From Macrostomum hystrix (taxonomy: Eukaryota > Animalia > Platyhelminthes): a DNA stretch of 64,000 bases. Both the position numbers and the translations under genes were made by a program. The stretch spans positions 157,967 to 221,966 of the forward strand of contig CATNEN010000018.1 in assembly GCA_950097015.1 (NCBI GenBank), in the 5' to 3' direction. Numbering within the stretch: position 1 is the first letter of the stretch; each line of letters opens with the position of its first letter. Positions 43,161-53,503 of the stretch are shown here, one piece after another. The notes beneath the pieces are model-generated. The model was not told the DNA's origin. It did not search any database and was given only the letters and a program-made list of their open reading frames with translations.

Positions 43161-46100
43161 CTAAATTCTTGCCATCACCCCGACCCCGAGGCCAATCCTC
43201 AAGCAAAACCCGAAATCTTGTCTATTAAAGTATCGGATTCGATCACGTGAACAGGTGTGCTAATAAATAAATTAGCTAGCTAGAGCTGCAAAATGAGCTG
43301 CATATTGCTAATATTATGTTAAGTTTTTTCCTAGCTTAAAAATGATAAATTATTTGTGTCTGCCTAGTCCCTAACACAGGCAGCTATTGTCTTGAAAGCC
43401 ACTGCTTCCTACCAGAGACTCTGTGCTCAATGGGGCTTCTGAGCACACTTTAAGCATTCTTTGAAAGATATTGCCGAGCGATGAAAAGCTGTAGTGGATA
43501 AGCACAATGCGAATTAGTTTGACAGGCTGTGGGGTGTGGTTAGAGCCAGTTCAAACTGGCCAAGCCACAATGCGCAGCAGCTGACTGAGGCTTCGGCCCC
43601 ATTAAACCAGCAGGTTGAATGGAGGCGGCCCTCGCAGCTGCAGAAGAGAAGCCTGGTGGGGCTGCCGCACCCACCCCCCTCCCCCGCACGTGGCAGCGAC
43701 TCACCCAACCCCTCCTCCCCGCACAGAGGCGAAGGCGCCAAGCACGTGGCATCCACCTCCCTCCGCATTGACGAGACACTCGGGGACGGTCTGCCTCTCC
43801 CCGACACTCTGCCTCTATTCTCTTTGTTGGCATTGAGACGCCAACCTCCAATCTGTCCCAGCCTCGGGCCCCAGAAGCCCAGAAACTTTCTGCGAGGAAG
43901 AATGACAATGCAAAGAACAATATAAATCTAATAGAATTGGTTTCAATGCGCTAAATGCGTCTCCATTATCGCTTCCGTCCTTCAATAAACTCGAGAAAAG
44001 TAAGCCAATGGCAACCAAATTTTTCAAGCCATTTGCGAGACTGTCGATAATGCTTGTATTATTTATTATAATAACATGTAATGCTCATGTATCTGATGTA
44101 TATCTGCATTTAATTGTACTTTTACGCTTGATTAGGACAAAATAATGGAATTATACCTTTTACAGTCTTGTGTTAATGAAGATTTCATGCACTTTTAGTC
44201 TACTTTTAGTAGCTTAAAAAATATACTCCGTTTTGCCGAAACGATGAATGGATTGATGTGGAGTGTGCTGCGGGAATCGAGTGGGAATGTGAGCCTGCAG
44301 AATTTTTCAAATTTTTAGGCAGTCCATAATTGCGACCCACCTAGCAGCTGGCCACGAAACAAGATCATTAATCTTAGGACCGGGTTGGGGCGGCGGTGAA
44401 TTAAGTAGCCGTCGAATCCCCTCTCCCTGGATCTGTTTTAGCCCCCTGTAGGAATGACTGATCGCGGCCATAACTTTATTGTATGAGCTAGTTTAGGTCA
44501 TAATTCCCCTCCAAACCGCGATCAGATATTGGGAATCACTCGGGCATTATGAGTGATCTTTAATTCTTCATGTCCCCACTTCTTTACAGTATTCGAGCCC
44601 AGCTCGACTTTATGACCTTCTCCCCTTTAGATAAATGTAAATGTCACTGTAGGCAGGTCGGCGCCTGCGCTTCCCATTGTCCTGGCGGAGTAACAATTAT
44701 TAGCCGACTGCCGGCAGCTGCTCTCGAGGAGCATCTGTCGTTTCTCGCCGCCGGTTCATTGGGTAATCGGGGTGGCCATCGCCGCTTCGATTCCTCGATG
44801 ACAGGCTGGCGCGAATGTGGGTTATTTTGATGAATGTCGGGGTTGGCGTGCTGCAGGACTATTTAAGAAAGCGCGCTGCGCCGCTCCCTCTAGGACCTTC
44901 CCACCGACCTTCCACCTACCTCCTGGACCGCCCGGACCTCCTTTCCGACTCCGTTCGGACCCTCCGGACTCACCTTTACCACTTAGGGCTTAGACCCTCG
45001 AGCTCAAAGCTCAGCATAGCGCTCACAGGCCCATTGCCTGCGCCTGATTCCCTAACAGTGCAAGCCACCTCTTTAGGTGAGCCCTCAAATTGAGCCTCAG
45101 AGCTCCACTGGTGCGTTGGCCCCTGCCAGCTCATAATTAGCTTTTCCCTTCTCTGCCTTTGCTATTTTGCCCTGCCCTCCCTCGAGAACGACAGGCCTGC
45201 GGCACGCGACCGGCACTCAGATAAGTAACCCGCGTAGCGGTTTCTGATTGTTACCCCAAAGGGACTGTTCTTTTAGCTAGGCGGCACTTTAGTGGGAAAG
45301 GGCACTAGGACTTTTTGGCTTAATAAATTAGTACAACTTTAGCCAATCGTTTGATCATAGGCCAATCTTTAATAACAATTTAAATTCTTTCATTCTGCAT
45401 GTTATCTTCCATGTTTATTTTATCTCTCAGACAGCCCTCAGTTATGAGTGGCTAAACTCCTAGGGGGTGGGCTCTGGTGATGCCGAGCTGAAGGCTGCGG
45501 CAGGAAGGCAACTGTACGCGCGCATAAGAGTAATAGGGAGCTAGGGATTCGCGGGCAGATGCGGAGCGTAGCATGTGCACCTCCGCTGGGGTGTGGGGGA
45601 TTCCTTGGCGGGTTTTCCTCTCTTCCCAGCGGGTCAAAGGGTACGTGTCAAACTCCCTTGCCAATGGAGTTCCCCTTCTTTTCCCCCTCCTCTCGCGACT
45701 GCCGCCACAGGGGCGAGAGCGAGGATTAAATGACCTTTCGCTTGCGTAATCACTCAGTCCGTGTTCTGCCTAATCTCTCCAGCCTCTGATTTCCTCAACT
45801 CACACAGATTCGGTTTGTTAGTTACTTAATGTGTAGGCTGCAGTCTAATGTATAGAATGTGTCTGATGTCTCATGAGTAGGATTCTGGCTATGGATTTTT
45901 CATTCGAGTTCTTAGTACCACCTTTCTAGACCCCTGTAGCGCAAATTCAGGAATCCCCTTTTTGAGGCGTGCCTCGATCCATTCTGGGGCTCTCACCCCA
46001 GGCTAAAACGGAAGTTGCAGAATGCCCTATTTTTCGGCTCGTCTAGATCTGCGTGATAAAGTAGGAGCTGTGTACTCCGGGGACCCAAGTTCCCAAATGC

Positions 46101-46465
46101 CTGCGGTGGCGACGTAGGCGCATTGGGTGGTGGCGCTACCCTAGATCATTTTCCGCTTTGCCGATAGCCTTTCCGCAGTTCTGTGACAAGAGCCTGGGCC
46201 GATTCGACCACCGCTACCAAGGTTAGGAGTCAGTTATTTACATGCTACTGACGACAGTAGGCTGTCTGGCCCTGTCCTGTCCGATTCCGGGCAGTCCGAC
46301 ACCCCTCTTCTTAGACTTTTAGCCGGTTTCGAGCATTGCTTGGGGTAGGCACGGCGACATCTCGCGAGTTGCTAGGCGGGTATCTAATCGACTATGTCGC
46401 CCGCCTCTGGTGATCATCTCTCATGAAGGCAGGTCAGCGGTTGCAAAACACCCACCCATTTCAAA

Positions 46466-46485
46466 TGGTGGCACCAGGGTGGGAT
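46466..46485 (+). promoter_or_regulatory. Primer-binding site, tRNA-Leu-like
   Basis: TGGTGGCACCAGGGTGGGAT versus the tRNA-Leu complement TGGTGGCAGCGGTGGGAT: 8+8 nt match with a central bulge. Confidence 0.65.
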
Positions 46486-49400
46486 CTAGAAAGGGCGCAA
46501 AACGAACTTGAAAAATTCAATTGTTAGTTTAGCGCTGCAGATTTCTGTGGTAGCTAGCCGAAAGGGCTCCTTCTAGATTTCATTTTCCGTATGCCGAAAT
46601 CTTATCTCTAAAGAGTGAATCTCAGCTCTAGTGACTGTCATTCAAAGTTCGAACTGTCGCAATCTGATTTCAATTTAATTTAGCTTTTGTTAGAATTTCC
46701 AAAATTCTGATTAGTGACTTTCTACTATGAGTAGGCTGTGTGAGCGGACTTCATGCTAGAGTGTCTTCGGGTTATGTGGCTACTGCAGGAGTTGGGGACT
46801 GTCTGCGGGGTTTTTCCTGCGTGACTGTTCTGGGCGGGGGTGGTCCAAATGCAGTAACCGGGCTTTAGCCACGGACTCCTATCCGAGCGAGATCCCGGGT
46901 GTATTCACCCTGGGCTTCCCAGTCTCGTCAATCGCGGGGGTGAGCCCCCGGCAACCCAACCGGGAAGGGCCCTCTGAGCGAATTCGGGGATTATCCTTGC
47001 CTTGGGCGTCACGGATGGCCTGCTTGCATGTACCTGATTCTGAAGGTGCCACGTAGCTTTGACTAAGTCTAACTTAGGTGGGGAGCAGTTAGGGGAGTGG
47101 GACTTTGAGGGGGTCTAACGACACCCATGCCCGCTTCCCGAAGCTGCCGACCTTAAGGATAGGCTAGAATCCGGTCGGCACGGTTTTCTAGGAGATTCTT
47201 TGAGGGATGGTCTAAATGCAGTAACCGGGCTTTGCCCCTACGGACTCCTATCCGAGCGAGGTTCCAGGCACATGAATCCTGGGTTTCACGGTCTCGTATA
47301 TCGCGAGGGGAGCCCCCGGCAATGCAGCCGGGAATCGATGACTCCCTGAACGAGTCGGGGATTATCTTTTCTCTGAGTATCTTATTGAGTCGTGTGCTTT
47401 CCAAGGTAGGGTGGCAGGCTGCTGCAGGCGCAGGCTTGTGGTGGTGCTGGCCCCGCCGTACCTATAGTGTAAAAGTCCGCTATAGGGTTGCAGAATGAGC
47501 GCTAAGTTAAAACCTAGACTTCTATGTCCCAAATTCGAGTGCGCGCAAGCAGTTGTCGGAAGCCATGGCTGGAAGCAAGAGCTAGCCAGGGCCCTAGGCC
47601 CTTTTTCTCTCCCTTCATTTTACCTCTTTGGTTCTTTATCGGCCACTGCATCGCAGTGAATAAGTGCTAGGGCCGGGAACTCTCCTTGAACTTTTTGCCA
47701 GGCGACGTAAGTCAGCCGGGTTTTCTCTTTTTTTCACTTCCCACGGCCCCTGGTCGTGCGCAGAGCACTGCTCAACCCCCACCCTTCTCTCCCCCATTGT
47801 TGCAGTAGCGACAAACCCCCCATTTTTCAAAGCAAAATCCTCATACCTCTTTTGGCCGAAAATGTCCGACCAGGAGGGTGAGGTCGTCGAGACAATTGGC
47901 GCCCCCCGTCCGATTGGAGGTAGGGCTGTCTCCGCGGAGAGGGGCCGGGAAAGGCGGCCTCTGCCCGAAACTGCGACCTCGGGAAGGCATCAGACCTCCC
48001 GAGCGCTGGGGCTATGCCAGAAGGATTCGTTTCCGCGAATCCGAGATCGGCTCCGAGCCCTGGGCAACATCGAGTGACGCTGACCCAGACTGAGGGTAGG
48101 CAGCGCACAGCCGCGCGGGCCCAGACGCACCCACACGGTCGCGCTAGGGGACCAAGCCCTCCTCCGAATCATTTTGCTTAGCGAGCTACATCTTCTCACT
48201 ATCTGTTTTTCTTTTTCGATCAAAAGCCATCTTGGCGCCAAAACTCTGCTTAAAAATCAATATAAACTAGCCAAAACCACAAAAACACACTTAGTGGGGT
48301 GAAATTCCCCTTGTAAAGTTTTCGCATGAGATTTTTCGATAACTGTAGCACATTAGGGTTCGCACCTTCTTTTTCTAAACATTTAGTTCTAATTGCACCG
48401 TTTATGTGAATGGCACCTTTTGCAGTGGCGTTTTTGCCTGGGTTGTCGGGAGTTTAGTTCATGTCGGCTTCTATCTTAGGAGGGATACCTACCAACCCGC
48501 CAAAGTGAGCGGGGTGGTATGCATGTGCGATTTCAATGTTTGATTGAGAGTAGGCGGTTGTCAATCAAGAGGCCGACAGGGTCATATGGTTAATTCTGTG
48601 GGAGACAATCTGTTTTTCCACGAACCGCAGATTTCGAACGATTTGGGTTTCTTTTTCCTCTGGGAATAAAAAGCACATATCAGGGAAGCAGTTTTTTTGC
48701 TTGCTTTGTTCAAATGGTGAGCACCTGAGCAGGGATTTTGCAATAAATCGTTCGAATGGGTAGGTCCAGATTTTCAAATATATATATATCCCAGCGGTTA
48801 GAATCGAGTTTTCCGTGGTCGCTAGGCGGTCGAAAAATTAGAGCAGCGTAAATTAGCCAAAGAACAGAACAAAGACGGAGTACGGGAATCAGTAGCGCGC
48901 ATGCCGCGGCCATCAGGCCGGCCGCCACCGCCACGCCAATCGGGCCCCCCATCAGGCGCCTAGGCAGCCTCCTGCCCGGGTGGCAAATCAATGTCTGCAA
49001 AGTAAAAGTATTGGAGCGTATTAAGGAGTTATAGATGGGCAGCAATAGGTAGGCCTAAGGATTTCAAATGGTGGCTTATTGAGGGTAGGGCTAGGAATCA
49101 GGTCGCGTCAACTTACGAATGCTGAAAGTCACCCTCATTGAAGGCTGCGGCAGAGGATCTCTGAAAGTTAGGTGGGCGGGAAACTTGTGAGTTATTGATA
49201 GCGACGACTGCCAGCGCAGGTATTTAGCTTTGAAGTTAAAAATTCATTCTAACTCTAATTAAAACGTCTAACAGGGTTTCTTTAGTTTAACAGTGGGCGA
49301 GGGCATCTGGGCCCGGGTAGAAATCAATTACAGACACGAACAAGCTGGGTGTGCCAGGGGTCAGGATTAATGTCTATTCTAATAATTATGCAATAACTCT

Positions 49401-50408
49401 CGCAAAACCCCTTAATAACCGGCCCTGGGAGGCCGAGTAGAAGCAACAATAACTCACCTTTCTTCACCAGGCAGCTGGGCCACATTCAGGTTGTCAAACA
49501 ACGGCAGCGCCGGATCGCGGGTCATGAGCATTTTCTTTTACAGATTGTCACTGTGTTTAGAAATCAAATACTAGAATTGCAAGAGATAGCAGGCTTGAAG
49601 TTAATGGGGCGTCAAGTGTTTGTTTTTATAGCACCTAAGTTTAGGGGTAAAGTGGCGGGAGCGCCAGCCAATGGGAAGACAGTGGGGAATTTGGGAAATT
49701 CCAGCATAGGGGGACCCTAGTAACAGTTTAGTTGTTGGGGCCCTGACCTTTACGGTGAGGAGACACCGCGGCCGGCAACAGCATCGCAATGCCTGAGGCC
49801 TGAGCAGCGGTCTCTCCAGCTGCAACCAGCTGCAGCGCCGAATGGACCGCGCGTAACGGCTAGGCAACCGGCCCGGCGAGCATTCTCGGGCACGGCCAGC
49901 CGGAAACACCTGGGCGCGCGGCAAATCAGAGGCTACCAATGCCCGGCAACGGAATTGGCGAGGGCGCAAACGGACCAACCAACCTGGAACCACCTGGGGA
50001 GAGCACGGCCGGACCCCTCGGACTCAAGGAAAGACGGCCGGAGCCCCCCAGGATTGCGCAACCGAGACCAAGCCGGGCAGGGAAGACTGGGACAGCTGCA
50101 ACCACCTGGAGAAGATGGCGAGCCGGGACAAGGCACACCCCTGGGCATTGAGGAACTTTCTTCGCCGCGACCGGAATGCGCACCCACCCCCCATAGGACG
50201 CTATACCGTAATCACTAGGGGCGACGACCATTCTATACTCATGCACCGATCTAGTTATAGTATCCGTACGTACGTACGCATTAGGATTTCTTCTCTAGCG
50301 GAATTCTTCTTAGGGTTCTGTACAGTATGATGTAGGTAATTATTTTTTTTTCCCCACGATTCTCGAGACACCCCGCTACTACTGTCAGTAGGCACGTAAG
50401 TGTCTTAC

Positions 50409-50430
50409 GAGAAAGTGAGCGAAGGTGGAG
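50409..50430 (+). promoter_or_regulatory. Polypurine tract of the LTR element
   Basis: GAGAAAGTGAGCGAAGGTGGAG immediately precedes TGATGTGG at 50431. Confidence 0.6.
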
Positions 50431-50506
50431 TGATGTGGAGTGTGCTGCGGGAATCGAGTGGGAATGTGAGCCAGCATAATTTTTCAAATTTTTAAGTATC
50501 TAATAA

Positions 50507-50644
50507 TATGGTACCTGAGTTATGGTACCTGAGTTATGGTACCTGAGTTATGGTACCTGAGTTATGGTACCTGAGTTATGGTACCTGAGTTATGGTACCT
50601 GAGTTATGGTACCTGAGTTATGGTACCTGAGTTATGGTACCTGA
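50507..50644. repeat. 14-bp minisatellite (TATGGTACCTGAGT) x~10 at the 3' LTR truncation point
   Basis: Direct tandem units. Confidence 0.95.
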
Positions 50645-50654
50645 ACAGACCGGG

Positions 50655-50710
50655 GTGAGTGGCAGAGCGGTTTAGCGCGTCTCGCATCAAGGTCCCAGAA
50701 CTCGACTCCA
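50655..50710 (+). mobile_element. Degenerate tRNA-derived (SINE-head-like) fragment
   Basis: A-box-like TGGCAGAGCGG at 50660 and decayed B-box-like AACTCGACTCC near 50699-50709; no tail seen. Confidence 0.3.
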
Positions 50711-50745
50711 CGGCGAGGCCACATTCATTTGTCTGATTGCCTCAC

Positions 50746-51128
50746 CTGTAGACGGTGGTGAAGTGCCGGTCTCCGTAGCCGTCCGGACACAGCCGACCGT
50801 CGGACAGTCCGGGCAAGCGTCGCACGAAGGCCCAGCCGAACTCGCTGCAGTTCTCGGCGTTGGCCCGATGGACGCAGCGGTCGAACTCGAACGTGCGGCA
50901 GTGGCCGGAGCCGGGGGTCAGGCGGAAGGCTCGGCAGCGGGCCGAGGAGCTGCAGGCTCTGGCGCAGTCCATCAAGCTGCCTAGCGCCACGTCTGCCTGG
51001 TCATGGACGAACTGAACCTTCAGGCACAGACGGATGAAGGACCGGCTGAATAGATCCATGGAACCGTCAGCGCTGAGTGAGCTTGTCCTTATGAAGAGTA
51101 ACAGTTGCAACAGCAGTGATGGGGACAT
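50746..51128 (-). CDS. First coding exon of a secreted PAN/Apple-domain protein
   Basis: MSPSLLLQLLLFIRTSSLSA is a signal-peptide-like N-terminus; SLMDCARACSSSARCRAFRL...HC fits the PAN Cx3Cx5C pattern. Ends at donor CAG|GTGAG (50746/50745); downstream exons not identified. Confidence 0.7.
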
Positions 51129-52026
51129 GATTCGTTTTCTAGTTGCTTGAATCAGATTCTTCTGCCTGCAGTCCAGTTCTGGCATGTGTTGTTCGCTCCG
51201 TGATTTTTGACAAGCATTTTAAGTTTTCGTGTTAAATGCATATTTTTGACAAATCTGATGATTCAACAACTCTGAGAGATGACTAAATTGGTTTTTTCAA
51301 CAGCCCAGGCAAGTGAAGAGAATCCATTTTAGTGATCTACTCCTAAGTTCAAGCACCAACCCACAGAATACACCAGAATGCTCAATCAGCTTCCAAATCT
51401 AAAGCCGAAATATAAAGCCATAGACACTACTCCTGAGGTGAAGAAGAGTTAAGTAGTACTAAAATTTGAGAAGTAGTCACCCTTTTGTATGTCTATTCAA
51501 GTTGCAACTTTTTATGGACAGAGAGGCCCGATTGTATATTTGCAGCTGTAGCGACATAAAAATGCAGATATTATTTCTGAGCATTCAACGCAAACTAGAA
51601 CAGTTAAGAAACAGCAGAATGAGCAGCAGTTTAAGCAATGGGGTACGTGATATAGCTGTACATAAAAATTGAACATGAGATTTGCAAACTAGAACAGTTA
51701 AGAAACAGCAACATGAGCATCAAACAACAGGCATCCTATACTTTAGCGGATAACAGGCGCCCCAGCTTTCGTTGTTCTGCTGAAGCTGTACTCGTACTCG
51801 GAGCTCCGCGCTTCCTGGCAGCTCGAAGTACTCGTAATGCCTGTTGAGCTTTGCACCAGTGATGTAACCGCAGGCGTGTGTACGAATGTGAGAGAGATGA
51901 AAGCCATTCATTTGTGTGCTCACTGTTGTGTAGATGAAGCTCAGTTGCAGCAGCTGCTTGTGCTGCAGGCTGGACTCTGGCACTGATACTGATTCCCTTC
52001 TGAATCATAATTCTGATGTCACGTAC

Positions 52027-52136
52027 CTTTCAGGACTCTTGATTGGAAACTTATGAAAACGAACTCCAGGTTGATTTCTATACGCATAGGATTTACAGCC
52101 GTATGATGCGCACTGCCGACGTGAGACTGTTGGCAT
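52027..52136 (-). CDS. N-terminal half of a THAP zinc-finger domain (exon)
   Basis: MPTVSRRQCASYGCKS...GVRFHKFP fits THAP C-x4-C...FHxFP; ends at donor AAG|GTACGT. A second half with CxxHF was not found. Confidence 0.6.
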
Positions 52137-52507
52137 GGCACCACAGAGGCGTAAATCACTGGGCAGAATAAAGTAGCCGTCAGTCAAGTGCGATGCAGCA
52201 ATACTGTATTCTGTGATTTATTCTAAGGAACGCAGGCAACTAAGCTGAGTTATTATACACTGGGCATCAAATAGATAGGATAGATGGAAGGAAAGACAAG
52301 CGAGAAACATAGTCTATGGCAAAATCGATCTCAATACACTCGGGTTGATAAAAAAGCCAGCACTACTCGCAAATCACTTTGCCGTGTCTACTCTCTCAGT
52401 ATAGAGGTAAGTCGGCCCGAATCTCCTCATGATTCGAGTTCCTTTCACTCGGCAGTCGGGAAGGCATGAAAGACGCAGCTCATGCAGGTGCTGAATTAGT
52501 GCGCCAG

Positions 52508-53503
52508 TCAGCAGGTCTCCGACTCCAGACCGCTTCCTCGGCCGTCCACCTGCGGCTCCTTGGCATTCTCCCTGCGCTGCTTTTTACGCTTTTTCCGGCC
52601 CTCTTTTCGTTTAGCAGGTCGCTCGTCTGACGCAAACGTCGAGGACGTCGCCGCTGCATCAACCGTCCGCAACCGTCGGAGCAGCTCATCGGCGCTGATC
52701 TGCATCTGCTCCACACTCACCTCCGCCACGGGGGCCGCCGCTGTCGGAGCTTCGCCCGAAGTCAAGCTGCCATCAGCCTCGATGATGAACACGGAGTCGT
52801 TGTCGCCGCTGGCCTCAGTTGACGGCCTTCGTGAAGTCTGCGTGTCGCCAGTGGGAGAAGTGTCGTCCGAATCGCTAAAGCGGACGTGATTCCTCTGGTG
52901 CTGATGGTGCTGATGCTTGTGCTGCGCTATGTCTCCCGAGCATCCAGACAGTGGCGACTCACTGCCGGCCGTGGACACCTTGAGCGAGGATTTTCGCGGG
53001 CGGGACAGATGCAGCCGCAGAATGGCCGCCTCGATGCTCTGGTCGAGCCGCTCCTCGGACCGGCTGCGCGTCACCATGATCCTCACCCGGCCGCCGCCGT
53101 TGCGGCTTCGATCACCGTCGCCGGCGATGCCGTTCTCGGCCAAGTCGCCGACTCGCACGGTTGACTTTCTTAGAAACAGTCTCCGCAGGCAGCAGCCGCC
53201 GTTGTCATCGCCGCTGGTGTCTCCGAGACGCTGACGACTCCGGCACCGAGTGCTGATCAGCAAGCTCGCCGCAGTGCCGCCCATCAGGCAGCCGGCGGTT
53301 GTCAGGGCGACGCCGACGCCGATCTCGGGCGTTGAACACCGCGAAGATCCGAGGACCCACAGAGAGGCGCCAGCAGCTGCGGCTAGCAGAGACGCGGCAA
53401 GCAGGGCTGCCAGGCAAGCATCTCGATTCCCTCGGCTGCTGACATTCTCGTCGGCTTCAGGACAGCAACAGCAGCAGCAGCTTGCCGATGCCGGCAACGA
53501 CAT
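52508..53503 (-). CDS. Single-exon two-transmembrane protein with an N-terminal poly-Cys run and a long disordered C-tail (~331 aa)
   Basis: GC-rich open frame from ATG 53503; hydrophobic segments CLAALLAASLLAAAAGASLWVL and IGVGVALTTAGCLMGGTAASLLI. No family recognised. Confidence 0.65.
   Translation of the reverse strand: MSLPASASCCCCCCPEADENVSSRGNRDACLAALLAASLLAAAAGASLWVLGSSRCSTPEIGVGVALTTAGCLMGGTAASLLISTRCRSRQRLGDTSGDDNGGCCLRRLFLRKSTVRVGDLAENGIAGDGDRSRNGGGRVRIMVTRSRSEERLDQSIEAAILRLHLSRPRKSSLKVSTAGSESPLSGCSGDIAQHKHQHHQHQRNHVRFSDSDDTSPTGDTQTSRRPSTEASGDNDSVFIIEADGSLTSGEAPTAAAPVAEVSVEQMQISADELLRRLRTVDAAATSSTFASDERPAKRKEGRKKRKKQRRENAKEPQVDGRGSGLESETC

Larger units (their letters stand above)
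44254..50510 (+). mobile_element. Non-autonomous Ty3/Gypsy-like LTR element (LARD-like): 5' LTR ~44254-46463, non-coding interior, truncated 3' LTR from 50431
   Basis: TG...CA termini, PBS 2 nt after the CA, purine tract directly abutting a second copy of the LTR start (42 nt identical). No gag/pol ORF over ~140 aa. Residual LRPREGIRPPERWGY (47971-48015) resembles basic Gypsy pol C-terminal tails. No TSD because the 3' LTR is truncated. Confidence 0.65.

Noticed and set aside
47153-50330. Short ORFs inside the LTR element as gag/pol/env
   Set aside because: None exceeds ~140 aa or shows CCHC, protease, YxDD or integrase DDE motifs.
6657-50510. Giant ~44-kb transposon bounded by the inverted ~80-bp copies at 6657-6737 and 50431-50510
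   Set aside because: No TSD or transposase, and a third copy at 44254 plus the PBS/PPT geometry explain the sequence better as an LTR terminus.
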